DNA of 64,000 nucleotides, taken from NCBI GenBank assembly GCA_965249275.1, contig CBDFLQ010000007.1, positions 608,001-672,000 on the forward strand, written 5' to 3'. Origin of the DNA: Dehalococcoidia bacterium (GTDB lineage: Bacteria; Chloroflexota; Dehalococcoidia; Plut-88900). Positions 45,571 through 56,547 of the stretch are shown piece by piece (position 1 is the stretch's first letter; each line of letters opens with the position of its first letter). Both the position numbers and the translations under genes were made by a program. A model generated the notes under the pieces. The model worked only from the letters and a program-made list of their open reading frames with translations. It searched no databases and had not been told where the DNA came from.

Positions 45571-46671
45571 ATGAGCGCATTGGAAAGAACGCAAAAGCTC
45601 AGAAGAAAGCTTGACGCTGAGGGTCTCGATGCCCTCCTAATATCGCAACCCGAGAACCGCTTCTACCTCTCCGGGTTTAGCGGCTCGGCTGGCTTTCTCA
45701 TCATCTCCCGGGACCACGCCTTTATCGCCACCGACTTCCGCTACTACGAGCAGTCCGCCCGCCAGTGCCCCGACTACACGCTGCTCAAGATGGCAGGGCC
45801 CAAACCCTTCGGTTGGTTCCACGAGGCCCTCGCCGAGATCAAACCCCGCCGCCTCGGCTTCGAAGCATCCGACATATCTTTCAGTTTCTACTCGGCCATA
45901 AAACGCTCCATCGCCGACCTTCCTTCCGAGGAGCGCCCCCGCCTCATGTCCACCCGCGGTTTGGTCGAGACCCTGCGGGAAGTAAAGGGACCCGACGAAA
46001 TCGCCGAGATCGGCAGGGCCGCATCCTTCGCCGACCAGGCCCTCGCCCAGATGGTCCCGGCCATCGAGCCCGGCATGACCGAGAAACAGGTCGCCTGGGA
46101 ACTCGAAAAAGCCATGCGCGACGCCGGTGCCGACTCCATCAGCTTCGATACCATCGTCGCTTCCGGACCAAACGGCGCCCTGCCCCACCACCGCCCCTCC
46201 GATAAAGCCATCCAGTCCGGCGAACCCGTGGTCATCGACATGGGCGCCAGGATCAACGGTTATTGCAGCGACATCACCCGCACCATAGTTGTAGGTGCCG
46301 CGGATGAACAGCTGGACAAGGTCTACAACACTGTGCTGGACGCCCAACTCAACGCCATCGACGCCGTGCGCTCCGGCATGACCGGCCACGAGGCCGACTC
46401 CCTGGCTCGCACCGTCATCGATGACGCCGGCTACGGCGAACGCTTCGGCCACTCCCTCGGCCACGGCATCGGCCTGGCCGTCCACGAAGTTCCTGTAGTC
46501 GGGCCGCGGGGCAGCAGCGTACTCCGGAAGGACATGGTATTCACCATAGAACCCGGCATATACATCCCCGGCTGGGGCGGCGTTAGAATCGAAGACATGG
46601 TAGTCTTGGAAAACGGCAAGGTGCGGGTCATTACCAAGACCCCCAAGGGAATCCGCTCCGCCAACAATTGA
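45571..46671 (+). CDS. Xaa-Pro aminopeptidase (M24B)
   Basis: DMGA...YCSDITRT, HSLGHGIGLAVHE, TIEPGIY, GVRIED; conserved aroQ-pepP-efp gene order. Confidence 0.93.
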   Translation: MSALERTQKLRRKLDAEGLDALLISQPENRFYLSGFSGSAGFLIISRDHAFIATDFRYYEQSARQCPDYTLLKMAGPKPFGWFHEALAEIKPRRLGFEASDISFSFYSAIKRSIADLPSEERPRLMSTRGLVETLREVKGPDEIAEIGRAASFADQALAQMVPAIEPGMTEKQVAWELEKAMRDAGADSISFDTIVASGPNGALPHHRPSDKAIQSGEPVVIDMGARINGYCSDITRTIVVGAADEQLDKVYNTVLDAQLNAIDAVRSGMTGHEADSLARTVIDDAGYGERFGHSLGHGIGLAVHEVPVVGPRGSSVLRKDMVFTIEPGIYIPGWGGVRIEDMVVLENGKVRVITKTPKGIRSANN

Positions 46672-46680
46672 GGTGCGCTT

Positions 46681-47238
46681 ATGATTGAGACCGGAGCTAT
46701 CAAGAAGGGAATGACCATAGAGCTGGATGGCAGCCTCTACAAGATTCTGATGCTCAAGCACATCAAGATCGCCCGAGGCTCGGCCCAGGTCAGGATGAAA
46801 ATACGCAACATCACTGAAGGCCACACCATCGAGCGCACCTTCCAGGCAGGCGAGCGCTTCGCCGTCGCCCGGCTCGAGCGGCAGGAGGCCCAGTTCCTAT
46901 ATCGTGACGGTGACCTCTTCTATTTTATGTACACCGACACCTTCGAACAGTCGCCCGTCTCCCATGAGCTCGTCGAGGATGTCGTAGGCTACCTCCTTGA
47001 AGGTATGACCCTCGATCTCATTCTCCACGGTGAAGTTCCCATAGGCGTCGAACTGCCCACGACCGTAGACCTCCGCGTCACCGAAACCGATCCCGGCTAC
47101 AAGGGTGACACCGCCCAGGGCGGCACCAAGCCCGCCACCTTGGAAACGGGCCTAACCGTCAATGTCCCGCTATTCGTCAACGAAGATGACACCGTTAAGG
47201 TAGACACCCGCACCGGCGAATATCAGGAGCGGGTCTAG
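46681..47238 (+). CDS. efp: Elongation factor P
   Basis: PGYKGDTA, KPATLETG, VPLFVNE, VDTRTGEY; tip loop HIKIARGSA. Confidence 0.95.
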   Translation: MIETGAIKKGMTIELDGSLYKILMLKHIKIARGSAQVRMKIRNITEGHTIERTFQAGERFAVARLERQEAQFLYRDGDLFYFMYTDTFEQSPVSHELVEDVVGYLLEGMTLDLILHGEVPIGVELPTTVDLRVTETDPGYKGDTAQGGTKPATLETGLTVNVPLFVNEDDTVKVDTRTGEYQERV

Positions 47239-47271
47239 GCCGGAAACAGAATCCGGCGGGGAGGAGCAGAC

Positions 47272-47910
47272 ATGGAAGGACGTAAGCTGGTCCAGGAGAT
47301 AATGATTCCGGCAGAGTACGGCGCCGCCTACTATGTGAAGAAGGGTCAAATCCAGCGGGTGATAATGATCGATGGCCCCCAGGTCGGCGATTGGACGGCC
47401 TTCAACGCCAACAATTTCAAGGAGCACTACGACTCGTCCCACACCTTCGTCATGAACAGCGCCAAGGGCACAGGTGGCATCAATGGCGTACGGGACTTCT
47501 ACTCCCGACCCCCTCACCTCAACGTTATGTTCACCACCGTCGAGGACACCGTCGGGTTACATTGGACCATGATTGGGGCCAAGTGCACTCCCCAAAGATA
47601 CGAGGTGTGGAACATAGAAGGCGGACATCGTAGCTGCTTCGGCAACCTTGTGGAGGCCCTCGAGCCCCACGGCATCACCCCCGAGGACGTCCCCGACGTC
47701 TTCAATATGTTCATGAACGTCACCTACGACCAAGAGGGCCGATACCACATCCACGCCCCAGCCGCGGGCAAGGGCGGCTACATCGACATGCGCGCCGAGA
47801 TGGACTGCTTGGTCGGCCTCTCCGCCTGCCCCGCCGGAGACGTGTCCTTCGTCAACGGCGATGGTGACGAACAGGGCAACAAGCGCCTCAAAGTCGAGAT
47901 TTGGGAGTAG
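47272..47910 (+). CDS. Urea carboxylase-associated family protein (DUF1989)
   Basis: GPQVGD, DTVGLH...C, HRSCFGNL, FNMFMNV, RAEMDCLVGLSACP. Confidence 0.85.
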   Translation: MEGRKLVQEIMIPAEYGAAYYVKKGQIQRVIMIDGPQVGDWTAFNANNFKEHYDSSHTFVMNSAKGTGGINGVRDFYSRPPHLNVMFTTVEDTVGLHWTMIGAKCTPQRYEVWNIEGGHRSCFGNLVEALEPHGITPEDVPDVFNMFMNVTYDQEGRYHIHAPAAGKGGYIDMRAEMDCLVGLSACPAGDVSFVNGDGDEQGNKRLKVEIWE

Positions 47911-47947
47911 CTATCCCCAATCGGTCCCTACATGAAAGGCGGTTATC

Positions 47948-48256
47948 ATGATCCGCATGGCAATCATCTACAACAAGACTGAAGACAGCACTTTCGACCT
48001 CGATTACTACATCAAGTCCCACATGCCCATGGCCGCCGCCGAGTTCGGCGCATTCAAGTGGGACGTGGACAACGTTGTCAGCGGCGCCGACGGAAGCGAC
48101 TCCCCAATCCACTGCATCGGCTACCTCTACTTCGAAAGCGAGGAGAAACGCCTCGCTGGCATGAACGGCACCACCGTTCCCAAGGTCATTGGAGACGTCC
48201 CCAACTACTACTCGCCCGGCATGCCCGTCGCCATAGTCAGTGAAGTCCTAGGCTAG
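47948..48256 (+). CDS. EthD family reductase
   Basis: FDLDYYIKSHMPM...YLYFES...DVPNY. Confidence 0.85.
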   Translation: MIRMAIIYNKTEDSTFDLDYYIKSHMPMAAAEFGAFKWDVDNVVSGADGSDSPIHCIGYLYFESEEKRLAGMNGTTVPKVIGDVPNYYSPGMPVAIVSEVLG

Positions 48257-48275
48257 CCCCGACCCCCTCGCCCAC

Positions 48276-49052
48276 ATGCTCAACCTCGGCTGGTTCTCCA
48301 CGGGCCGCGGCCCCGGCTCCCGCGCCCTCCTCTCCACCGTCAAGGAGGCCATAACCGACAAACGCGTCCAGGCCAGAATTAGCTTTGTATTCAGCAACCG
48401 GGCCCCGGGCGAGGCTGAAGGTAGCGACCAGTTCTTTGCCCTGGCCAAATCCCTCGGCCTCACCGTCGTACACCGGTCTTCCAGGGCATTTCGCCGCCAA
48501 TGGACCGGCGATCCCTCCCAATGGCGCACCGCCTACGACAAAGAAGTTGCTGAGCTAATCTCCCCCTTCTCACCCGACCTCTGCGTCCTCGCCGGCTACA
48601 TGCTCATCGTTAGCCCAGCCTTGTGCCGGGACTTCCGAATGATCAACCTACACCCCGCCGCCCCCGACGGCCCCGATGGCACCTGGCAAGATGTCATCTG
48701 GCAGCTAATCAAGCAGCGAGCAACTCATAGCGGCGTCAAAATCCACCTCGTCACCGAGGAGTTAGATCGCGGCCCGACCATCGCCTACTGCCGCTACCCC
48801 ATCCGCGGCCAAGCCCTTGATGACCTATGGAGAGAAGCAGACCAGACTTCCATCGACCACCTCCGTCAAAGTTACGGCGAAGAACTGCCTCTCTTCAAAG
48901 CAATACGCAGCGAAGGCGTGAAAAGAGAATTGCCCCTACTAGTCGAGACCCTAGCCACCCTCTCCCACAGCGAAGTCCAAATCACCCCACACAACCCCTC
49001 CCCACCCCAAGACCTCACCCCTCAAATCGAGTCTACAATCAAGCAAACCTAG
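48276..49052 (+). CDS. Phosphoribosylglycinamide formyltransferase-like protein (long PurN-like form)
   Basis: GWFSTGRG, VFSNR, VLAGYMLIV, INLHPA, HLVTEELDRGP. Confidence 0.8.
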   Translation: MLNLGWFSTGRGPGSRALLSTVKEAITDKRVQARISFVFSNRAPGEAEGSDQFFALAKSLGLTVVHRSSRAFRRQWTGDPSQWRTAYDKEVAELISPFSPDLCVLAGYMLIVSPALCRDFRMINLHPAAPDGPDGTWQDVIWQLIKQRATHSGVKIHLVTEELDRGPTIAYCRYPIRGQALDDLWREADQTSIDHLRQSYGEELPLFKAIRSEGVKRELPLLVETLATLSHSEVQITPHNPSPPQDLTPQIESTIKQT

Positions 49053-49066
49053 CGCTTCAACTCCAC

Positions 49067-49293
49067 GTCATTCTCGGGCTTGACCCGAGAATCCATCCCG
49101 CTGCATAAGACCCTTGCATAACGCTGATGAAGGGGATTGGAGGGGAAGTGTCTCATCCCCTCTCCCTCGATGGGAGAGGGCTAGGGTGAGGGTGATTCCA
49201 TCGGGTGGGGCCGCTCGTGCTGAGGCCCTCGAAGTATGAGCGGGGGGGAGGGCCACTCGTGCTGCCGCAGATGGAACATCCGCCTATGGAGGA
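49067..49293. repeat. Second REP-like island with the same families as 16009-16493
   Basis: GTCATTCTCGGGCTTGACCCGAGAATCC (49067-49094); CCCCTCTCCC..GGGAGAGGGCTAGGGTGAGGG (49157-49192); GGGGCCGCTC..TGAG..TCGAAG..GAGCG (49207-49242); 25-mer at 49269-49293. Confidence 0.8.
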
Positions 49294-49342
49294 TCCCGTT
49301 GAGGCGGAAGCCCGCCAAAGTACAAGCGGCGCGGCGCGTAGC

Positions 49343-50122
49343 CTACCGACCCTTGTAGTTCGGCTTCCTCTTCTCCACAAACGCCAGAGGCCCTTCCTTC
49401 GAGTCCTCGGTCTTGTGGATCCGCTGCGACACCAACTCCTCTAACCGGAGCCCCTGCTCCAAAGGCATGTCCATGCCCTGGTAGGCCAGTTGCTTTATCG
49501 CCCGCACCGCCAGTGGCCCGTTCGCGTTGATCTTGTTTGCAAGCTCCTCGGCGGTGGACATCACATCCTCGGGATTCACCACCCGGTTCACGAGACCCAA
49601 GTCGTAGGCCTGCTGAGCGTTGAGCCGATCGCCGGTCAACAGCACCTCCAGCGCCCTGCGGAAGGGTATCGCCCGAGGCAGCCTCTGCGTCCCCCCACCC
49701 CCGGGAATGATCGCTCTAAGAACTTCCGAAAGCCCAAAGTGCGACCTGTCCGAAGCGATAATGAAGTCACACGCCAAGGCCAGTTCCAGGCCCCCGGCAA
49801 GGCAGTAGCCGTCCACAGCTGCGATGACCGGTTTTGTCAGGTCGCTCGTTCGCCAGAACCCCATGGATCGAACCTCGGCCAGCAGTCCCTCGCCCTCTCC
49901 CCTCCTCCTGTCCGACATCTCCTTCAGGTCCGCGCCCGCCGAGAACGCCCTTCCCCCCGCCCCTGTCACGATAGTGCACCAGACATCCGTATCGTTCTCT
50001 ATGTCGTGCCAGGCTGAGTTCAGGCCGTTCACCACTTCAGCGTTCAGGGCATTCATCTTCTCGGGCCTGTTGATGGTAAGGTACGCTATCCGGTCCTTTT
50101 TTTCGAAAATTACCTGCGGCAT
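49343..50122 (-). CDS. Enoyl-CoA hydratase/isomerase
   Basis: INRPEKMNAL, AFSAGADL, GGLELALACD, GLSEV, GGGGTQRLPR. Confidence 0.93.
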   Translation of the reverse strand: MPQVIFEKKDRIAYLTINRPEKMNALNAEVVNGLNSAWHDIENDTDVWCTIVTGAGGRAFSAGADLKEMSDRRRGEGEGLLAEVRSMGFWRTSDLTKPVIAAVDGYCLAGGLELALACDFIIASDRSHFGLSEVLRAIIPGGGGTQRLPRAIPFRRALEVLLTGDRLNAQQAYDLGLVNRVVNPEDVMSTAEELANKINANGPLAVRAIKQLAYQGMDMPLEQGLRLEELVSQRIHKTEDSKEGPLAFVEKRKPNYKGR

Positions 50123-50176
50123 GGGTCCCTCCGGGACAACGTACTAATTCCTTGCGGGCATCCGGTGAGCCCCCGA

Positions 50177-50977
50177 CTACCTGCTCTTGAACTCCGGCTG
50201 CCGCTTTTCGGAAAAGGCCAGAGGCCCTTCTACCGCGTCTTCCGTGGTGCCCAGCAGAGTGCTGAACACCTTTTCGAATTGGAAGGCCTGCGGAAGCGTC
50301 AGGTTGTATCCTCGCTGGACGGATTCCTTGATGGCCCGCACGGCCAGAGGCCCGTTCCGGCATATCTTTTCCGCAATCTCCTCCGCCGTCGATATCACCT
50401 GGTCCGCCTCAACTACCCTGTTGATCAGACCCGTCCTGTGCGCCTCTTGCGCATCGATCCTCCCCCCCGTGAGCAGCATCTCCATGGCTATGCACATGGG
50501 CATCGCCCTCGGCAGCCTGTCGACGCCGCCGCCGCTGGGAATGATTCCCCACCGCACTTCCTGCAGGCCGAACTGCGCATGCTCTGCCGCCACCCTTATG
50601 TCACAGCTGAGTGCAATCTCCAACCCTCCCGCTATGCAGAAGCCGTTTATCGCAGCGATGGCGGGTGTTGCAGTGTACATCTCGTACATGTTCGGCATAC
50701 CTGGGGGATTCTCCACCGAGTAGGAACCTCTCCACGCTTCCGGCCCCTCCTTCGCCACGTCCTTGAGGTCCTGCCCCGTGCAGAATGCCCGCTCCCCTGA
50801 CCCCGTGATGATGATCACCCAAACGTCGGGATCGTCGTCCAGCGCTCTCCACGTATTGGCCAGCTGTTGCCAGTGCGCCTCAGTCAGTGCATTCAGGACC
50901 TCTGGCCGGTTCAGGGTTACATAGGCAATGCGGCCCTTCTTCTCAACCAACAAGTGGGACTTTATGTCTTCGCTCAT
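50177..50977 (-). CDS. Enoyl-CoA hydratase/isomerase (second paralog)
   Basis: LNRPEVLNAL, AFCTGQDL, GGLEIALSCD, GLQEV. Confidence 0.93.
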   Translation of the reverse strand: MSEDIKSHLLVEKKGRIAYVTLNRPEVLNALTEAHWQQLANTWRALDDDPDVWVIIITGSGERAFCTGQDLKDVAKEGPEAWRGSYSVENPPGMPNMYEMYTATPAIAAINGFCIAGGLEIALSCDIRVAAEHAQFGLQEVRWGIIPSGGGVDRLPRAMPMCIAMEMLLTGGRIDAQEAHRTGLINRVVEADQVISTAEEIAEKICRNGPLAVRAIKESVQRGYNLTLPQAFQFEKVFSTLLGTTEDAVEGPLAFSEKRQPEFKSR

Positions 50978-50996
50978 GTTCCGTCCCCCGGGTGTC

Positions 50997-52328
50997 TTAA
51001 GCGGTCTTCTCTATTTCCGGCGGCGCATCCAAGCGCAGGTTGGTCGGGGCCTCGTCCAAGTCCGGCATCACTTCCACGGTCTTGCCGTCGGAGGTCAGTA
51101 GCAAGGGCGATCGTTCCCCGGCTATCGCCTTCTCATCAACGTAGCATTTTTCGACATTATCAATCGAGGGCGCCTGGTACATGGCCTCCATCAAGGCCTC
51201 TTCCAGTATCGACCGTAATCCCCGAGCCCCGGTTTTCAGTTTGACCGCCATGTCCGCCGCCCGTTCCAGGGCCGCATCGGTGAATTCCAGATCCACCCCG
51301 TCCAGTTCGAAAATACGATGGTACTGCTTCACCAGTGCGTTCTTCGGCTGGGTCAGCACCGTAATTAAAGACTCCCGGTCCAGGGCCCCGACCGCCGCCA
51401 TCACTGGCAGTCTTCCTATAAGCTCAGGTATCAGCCCAAATTTCAGCAGGTCCTCGGATTCCACGAGGTTCAGTATCTCCTCCGAGCCCTTCAGCCCGCG
51501 GCCCGTAACTGAGTTGAACCCGATGCTCACTACATCTTTGTTGACCCGCTGCTCAATCAACTCTTCCAGCCCGTCGAAAGCGCCGCCACAGACAAACAGA
51601 ATGTTCGATGTGTCCAGCTGAATGTATTCCTGGTGTGGGTGCTTGCGGCCGCCTTGCGGCGGAACATTAGCCACGCACCCTTCAATGACCTTCAGCAGTG
51701 CCTGCTGAACGCCCTCCCCCGACACGTCTCTTGTTATCGAGGGATTGGCGCTCTTGCGCGAAATCTTGTCTATCTCATCGATATATATGATGCCTCGCTG
51801 CGCCCGATTCACGTCATACTCCGCGGCCTGGATGATGCGTAGAAGAATATTCTCCACGTCCTCCCCGACGTAACCGGCCTCCGTCAGCGTCGTTGCATCC
51901 GCAATGGCGAAGGGGACCTTCAGGATCTTGGCGAGGGTCTGGGCCAGAAGGGTCTTGCCGCATCCCGTGGGGCCGACCAGCAGGATGTTGGTCTTCTCCA
52001 GCTCCACGTCCCCATCCGGACCCCTGCTGTTGTTGATGCGCTTGTAGTGGTTGTATACGGCTACGCTAAGGACTTTCTTAGCCCGCGACTGCCCAACTAC
52101 ATACTCGCTGAGCTTATCGTAGAGCTCTCTTGGAGTCGGAAGCTGATCGAGACCCAGGCCATCGTCCGCCGAGACCCGGTCCTCGTCTATCAGCTGCTGG
52201 CAAAGCGCGACACAGTTGTCGCAGATGTAGGTCTGCTCCTGCCCACCTATCAGTTTCTTGACGTCCGGCGGGCTCTTGGAGCAGAAGGAGCAGGCGTATC
52301 TAGTTCTTGCGTCTCTGTCGTCGGGCAT
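50997..52328 (-). CDS. clpX: ATP-dependent Clp protease ATP-binding subunit ClpX
   Basis: CSFC zinc finger, [25 protein letters not shown] loop. Confidence 0.97.
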   Translation of the reverse strand: MPDDRDARTRYACSFCSKSPPDVKKLIGGQEQTYICDNCVALCQQLIDEDRVSADDGLGLDQLPTPRELYDKLSEYVVGQSRAKKVLSVAVYNHYKRINNSRGPDGDVELEKTNILLVGPTGCGKTLLAQTLAKILKVPFAIADATTLTEAGYVGEDVENILLRIIQAAEYDVNRAQRGIIYIDEIDKISRKSANPSITRDVSGEGVQQALLKVIEGCVANVPPQGGRKHPHQEYIQLDTSNILFVCGGAFDGLEELIEQRVNKDVVSIGFNSVTGRGLKGSEEILNLVESEDLLKFGLIPELIGRLPVMAAVGALDRESLITVLTQPKNALVKQYHRIFELDGVDLEFTDAALERAADMAVKLKTGARGLRSILEEALMEAMYQAPSIDNVEKCYVDEKAIAGERSPLLLTSDGKTVEVMPDLDEAPTNLRLDAPPEIEKTA

Positions 52329-52357
52329 GTGGCCTCAGTCCGGGCCCGTGGCCCCGC

Positions 52358-52975
52358 TTACTCGGACTTCTTGTCCTTACTCTCCTCTACCGCTCCCACA
52401 ACCTTGTCCACCAACCCGTAATCCCTCGCCTCTTCCGCACTCAGGTAAATGTCCCGGTCGGTGTCCCTGGCAATCTTCTCGATGTCCTGACCCGTGTTCT
52501 CGGACAGAATGCGCCTCAGCTTGTCCTGCAGTCGCAGTATCTCCCTGGCAGCGATCTCAATGTCCGAGGCTTGTCCCTGCGCTCCACCCATCGGCTGGTG
52601 CATGTGTACCGTGGCATTGGGCAGTGCAAACCGCTTGCCCGCTTTTCCTCCGCTCAGCAGTACCGTGCCCATGCTGGCCGTCATGCCGACGCAGATCGTC
52701 GATACGTCACACTGAACAAGCCGCATCGTGTCGTAGATCGCCAGGCCGGCGCTTATCACGCCGCCGGGTGAGTTGATATACAGGTTGATGTCTTTGTCCG
52801 GGTCCTCACGTTCGAGGTACAAGAGCTGCGCCACGATCAGGTTTGCCACGTGATCTGTGATGGGTGTCCCCAGGAATACAATCCGCTCCTTCAGCAGAAG
52901 TGAATATATGTCGAACGCCCTGTCACCTCGGGCGCCGCTCTCGATTATCATCGGTATCACGTTATCCGGTCGCAT
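52358..52975 (-). CDS. clpP: ATP-dependent Clp protease proteolytic subunit
   Basis: [18 protein letters not shown], catalytic ASMG, HQP, DRD. Confidence 0.97.
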   Translation of the reverse strand: MRPDNVIPMIIESGARGDRAFDIYSLLLKERIVFLGTPITDHVANLIVAQLLYLEREDPDKDINLYINSPGGVISAGLAIYDTMRLVQCDVSTICVGMTASMGTVLLSGGKAGKRFALPNATVHMHQPMGGAQGQASDIEIAAREILRLQDKLRRILSENTGQDIEKIARDTDRDIYLSAEEARDYGLVDKVVGAVEESKDKKSE

Positions 52976-54317
52976 CTTTCTCCTCGTTTTCGTTAGCGTT
53001 CTCGATAGAAGACTCCGACCCCGCTACCACGAGCGCCGGGCCCTGCTGAGCGATTTCTTTCATCCGGTCCAGGGCTTTTCTCAGCCTGATCCGATTCCCG
53101 ATGTTTGAGCGAACTTCGTCGCTGCGCAGGCGTTGTATGGCCTCCGGGTCAGTTGCGTCGGCCTGCTCTTCCGCTTGTTTGATCTCCTCGCCTATCTCTT
53201 CGTCGCTTGATTCTACTTCCTCCACCTCTGCCAGCCTGTTCAGAATTAGCGACGTCGTAACCCGGTTCTCCGCCGACTCCCTCCGGTCCTCTCTCAGCTC
53301 CTCCGGAGTCTTACCGATGGCTTTCAGATAGCTTTCGAACTGCAGGCCGCTTTGCGCCAGCGCTCGGGCCTCGTCCATTATTATGTGGTCTATTTCTCTT
53401 TCCGTGAGAATCGGAGGAGCCTCGATTGTGGCATTGCCTTTCAGTGCCTCCATGAGGTCTTCCTCGAACTTGCGGTCCGACAAAGCCTGCGCGTGTTCCT
53501 CCATCGCCTCCGTCATCTTCGCCCTGAAGTCCTCCAGGGTCTCGTACTCCTCATCCAGGCTCTTCACGAAATCGTCGTCAAGTGGAGCTGGCAGTTTGGC
53601 CTTCACTTCTTGCACCGTAACGGCGAAACTGCATTCCTTACCCGCTATTTCAGCCTCCCTGAAGCTGTCCGGCAACGTCAGGTTAAACTCCTTCGATTCA
53701 CCTTTGACCATACCCTCCAGCATCGGGGAGAAACCCGGCACCGGAAAGGCTATTTCTGGGCCAGGGCTATAAGAAGCGCCTGTTTCGCTTATGACGGATT
53801 TGCCATCGACTTTTCCGTCCACGTCGATAGTCAAAAGGTCTCCGTATTCCACCGGCCTGTCCACCTGCTCCCAGGGCGCATTCCTCGTCCTCACCGACTC
53901 CATGGCCTCTTCCACCTGTTCCGGCTTCACCTCCACGGGGTCCTGACTGACCCTGATCGACTTGTAGTCGCCCAATTCCACCGTGGGGGGCAGGGGGACC
54001 GTGGCCTTGATGACCATCGTGTCCCCGGTGTCCACATCCACCTCAGGGGTGTCGATTGCATCCAGCCCCTCGTCTTCAATGGCCTTCTGCACAAGCTCTG
54101 GGGCCAGGTCGTGCATCGCCTCGTGAACTACGGCGTCCTTACCGACAAAGCTCTGCAGGACTGCCCGAGGCGCTTTGCCCGGCCTGAACCCCGGCACCCG
54201 AACGCGCTGAGCCAGGTTCTTGTATGTCTTCTTTAGCGAGTTTTCGAGCTCCTCACCTTCGACTTCAATGGTGAGGAGCATGCGGCTTTTGGGTAGTTTT
54301 TCAGTGGTGACTTTCAA
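52962..54317 (-). CDS. tig: Trigger factor
   Basis: [10 protein letters not shown] signature; tig-clpP-clpX gene order. Confidence 0.95.
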   Translation of the reverse strand: MKVTTEKLPKSRMLLTIEVEGEELENSLKKTYKNLAQRVRVPGFRPGKAPRAVLQSFVGKDAVVHEAMHDLAPELVQKAIEDEGLDAIDTPEVDVDTGDTMVIKATVPLPPTVELGDYKSIRVSQDPVEVKPEQVEEAMESVRTRNAPWEQVDRPVEYGDLLTIDVDGKVDGKSVISETGASYSPGPEIAFPVPGFSPMLEGMVKGESKEFNLTLPDSFREAEIAGKECSFAVTVQEVKAKLPAPLDDDFVKSLDEEYETLEDFRAKMTEAMEEHAQALSDRKFEEDLMEALKGNATIEAPPILTEREIDHIIMDEARALAQSGLQFESYLKAIGKTPEELREDRRESAENRVTTSLILNRLAEVEEVESSDEEIGEEIKQAEEQADATDPEAIQRLRSDEVRSNIGNRIRLRKALDRMKEIAQQGPALVVAGSESSIENANENEEKDATG

Positions 54318-54403
54318 GGGAGGAGAACTCTCTTAGCGATGAGGAAAATTGGATTCGACTTCGTGAAAAGTATAGCACACCACGCCCTTACACTAGCGCT
54401 TAT

Positions 54404-56197
54404 TCAATCTTCGGTCACGCGCAGATGCAGGTCCTTGAGTTGCTGTAGGCTCACGGGGGCCGGCGCGGCCGTCATCACGTCTATCGCGCTCTGGTTTTTC
54501 GGGAAGGCTATGACTTCGCGGATACTCTCTTCTCCAGCGAGTATAGCCACCAGCCGGTCGATCCCCGGGGCTATGCCTCCGTGGGGCGGGGCCCCGTACT
54601 CAAACGCTTCCAAAAGGTGCCCGAACCGAGCCTGGGCCTCGTCTCCGTTATAGTTCAGCAGTTTGAATACCTTCTGCTGGAGCCCTCGATCATGGATCCT
54701 GATACTGCCGCTGGCCACCTCTTGTCCGTTGCAGACCATGTCGTAGCACCGGGCCCGCACCGACCCCGGGTCGGTGTCCATCAACCCCAAGTCTTCCTCC
54801 CTCGGTGAAGTGAACGGGTGGTGTGTAGCGTCCCACCTGGCCTGGTCGTCGTTCCATTCAACCAGTGGAAAGTCCACCACGAACATGAAGGCCAACTCCT
54901 CCGGGTCCGCTAGTCCCAGCCTCTGACCCATCTCATTCCTGAGCGCCGACAGGGCCGCATTCGTCGACTTCTCGTCCCCCGCAATGATCATTACAAGATC
55001 ACCCATCTCTGCCTTGAGACCGTGAATTATCCCGTTGAGTTCTTCGTCAGAAAGATGTCGGGTGACTCCCGACTTCACGCTCCCCGCCTCCCACCTCCCC
55101 TCCGAATCCGGCGCCCCTTCCAGTGCAATGGTCACCAGCCCCTTGGCCCCCCGCTCCTTCGCGAACTCTATAAGCGCATCAAGCTGTCTGCGGCTGTAAC
55201 CCGAGCAGCCAGGGGCCCGGAACCCCTTTATAGTGCCCCCACTCGCAACCACTGACTGAAAAACCTTGAACCCCGAGTCCTTCACCACGCCCGTCAGCAC
55301 TTCGAGCTCCAGCCCGAAGCGCAGGTCAGGCTTGTCCGTCCCGTATCGCCTCATCGACTCGGCATGGGTCAGACGTGGGAAAGGTTTCGTAAGACCCTTT
55401 TCCGGCGTTACCGTCTCCGCAAGCCCCGTAAACAGGGCCTCGGTGAGGCCCAGCACGTCGTCCTCATCCACAAAGCTCATCTCCAGGTCAAGTTGAGTGA
55501 ACTCCGGCTGTCGGTCGGCCCTCAGGTCTTCGTCTCGGAAGCACCTGGCAATCTGAAAATACTTCTCGAACCCCGAGACCATAAGCAGCTGCTTCAACTG
55601 CTGGGGAGACTGGGGCAGAGCGTAGAAAGTGCCAGGGTGTACCCGGCTGGGCACCAGGTAGTCCCGTGCCCCTTCCGGCGTGCTCTTTATCAACACCGGC
55701 GTCTCGATTTCGAGGAAACCCTCTTCATCCAGGTAGTCCCGAATGTACTTGACGACTCGGTGCCTCAGCGCGATGTTGCGCTGGAGTCTCTGTCTCCTCA
55801 AGTCCAGATATCGATGCTTGAGCCTGAGGTTTTCTTCTACTTCCGTGTCCTCATTGACGTAGAAGGGAGGCGTCAGAGACGAGTTGAGCACTTGCACCAC
55901 CCGAGCATTCACCTCTATCTCCCCCGTCGGAAGGTCCGGGTTCTCAGTGCCGACGGGCCGGGTCCCGACCTGTCCCTTCACCTGTACCACCCACTCATTG
56001 CGAAACTGTGTCCCAGTCTCGTGTGCCTCGGGAGACTCCCTGGGATTGAGCACCACTTGCACGATTCCCGACCTGTCTCTCAGGTCGATGAATATAAGCC
56101 CCCCGTGGTCTCGCCGTCGATGCACCCACCCCGCCAGCGTTACGCCCTTACCTGTGTCTGCAGCCCTGAGCTCTCCACAACCGACACTCTTTAACAA
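54404..56197 (-). CDS. aspS: Aspartate--tRNA ligase, probably non-discriminating Asp/Asn type
   Basis: RRRDHGG, PEGARDY, LPQSPQ, FRDEDLRADRQPEFTQLD, GAPPHGG. Confidence 0.96.
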   Translation of the reverse strand: MLKSVGCGELRAADTGKGVTLAGWVHRRRDHGGLIFIDLRDRSGIVQVVLNPRESPEAHETGTQFRNEWVVQVKGQVGTRPVGTENPDLPTGEIEVNARVVQVLNSSLTPPFYVNEDTEVEENLRLKHRYLDLRRQRLQRNIALRHRVVKYIRDYLDEEGFLEIETPVLIKSTPEGARDYLVPSRVHPGTFYALPQSPQQLKQLLMVSGFEKYFQIARCFRDEDLRADRQPEFTQLDLEMSFVDEDDVLGLTEALFTGLAETVTPEKGLTKPFPRLTHAESMRRYGTDKPDLRFGLELEVLTGVVKDSGFKVFQSVVASGGTIKGFRAPGCSGYSRRQLDALIEFAKERGAKGLVTIALEGAPDSEGRWEAGSVKSGVTRHLSDEELNGIIHGLKAEMGDLVMIIAGDEKSTNAALSALRNEMGQRLGLADPEELAFMFVVDFPLVEWNDDQARWDATHHPFTSPREEDLGLMDTDPGSVRARCYDMVCNGQEVASGSIRIHDRGLQQKVFKLLNYNGDEAQARFGHLLEAFEYGAPPHGGIAPGIDRLVAILAGEESIREVIAFPKNQSAIDVMTAAPAPVSLQQLKDLHLRVTED

Positions 56198-56323
56198 AGT
56201 CTTTCACCTACCTTGAACATTAGCTGGAGGATTATAGGTTAACCCCCAAAGTGATATCAAACGGCCACTTTCTCCAGGAAACAAACGGGTCGCACTATCA
56301 TCTGCACACACCCTATTTGCAGT

Positions 56324-56350
56324 GTCATCCCGAGGCTCCGCGAGGGATCT
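56324..56350. repeat. REP-like palindrome GTCATCCCGAGG..CGAGGGATCT
   Basis: Same family as 16009-16033. Confidence 0.7.
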
Positions 56351-56481
56351 AAAGCGCTTATGTTCCCATCACGCCAAAGTAGCCTTGACACATTCCATCC
56401 TGTCATTACCGTGTAGCACATAGGAATCCACATGTACGAGGGCGTGTCCCCACCCCACGCTCCCCAATTACACACAAAACA

Positions 56482-56512
56482 GGGGTGAAAGCACCCGAGG
56501 CGCTTTCACCCC
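56482..56512 (-). terminator. Intrinsic terminator downstream of the sigma factor
   Basis: 11-bp stem GGGGTGAAAGC/GCTTTCACCCC followed on the minus strand by TGTTTTG. Confidence 0.7.
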
Positions 56513-56547
56513 CAACCAAGTCAGGAGCGCTACAGCTGACTAACCCT

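Noticed and set aside
3115-56194. Many long antisense/overlapping ORFs (e.g. 3115-4227, 25776-26975, 45637-46824, 53352-54236, 55364-56194)
   Set aside because: Shadow frames of well-supported genes, expected from high GC and strong codon bias.
56385-56488. Possible + strand promoter and 18-codon ORF (MYEGVSPPHAPQLHTKQG) between aspS and the sigma factor
   Set aside because: Weak -10 with a 16-bp spacer; the ORF ends inside a terminator hairpin and has no supporting features.
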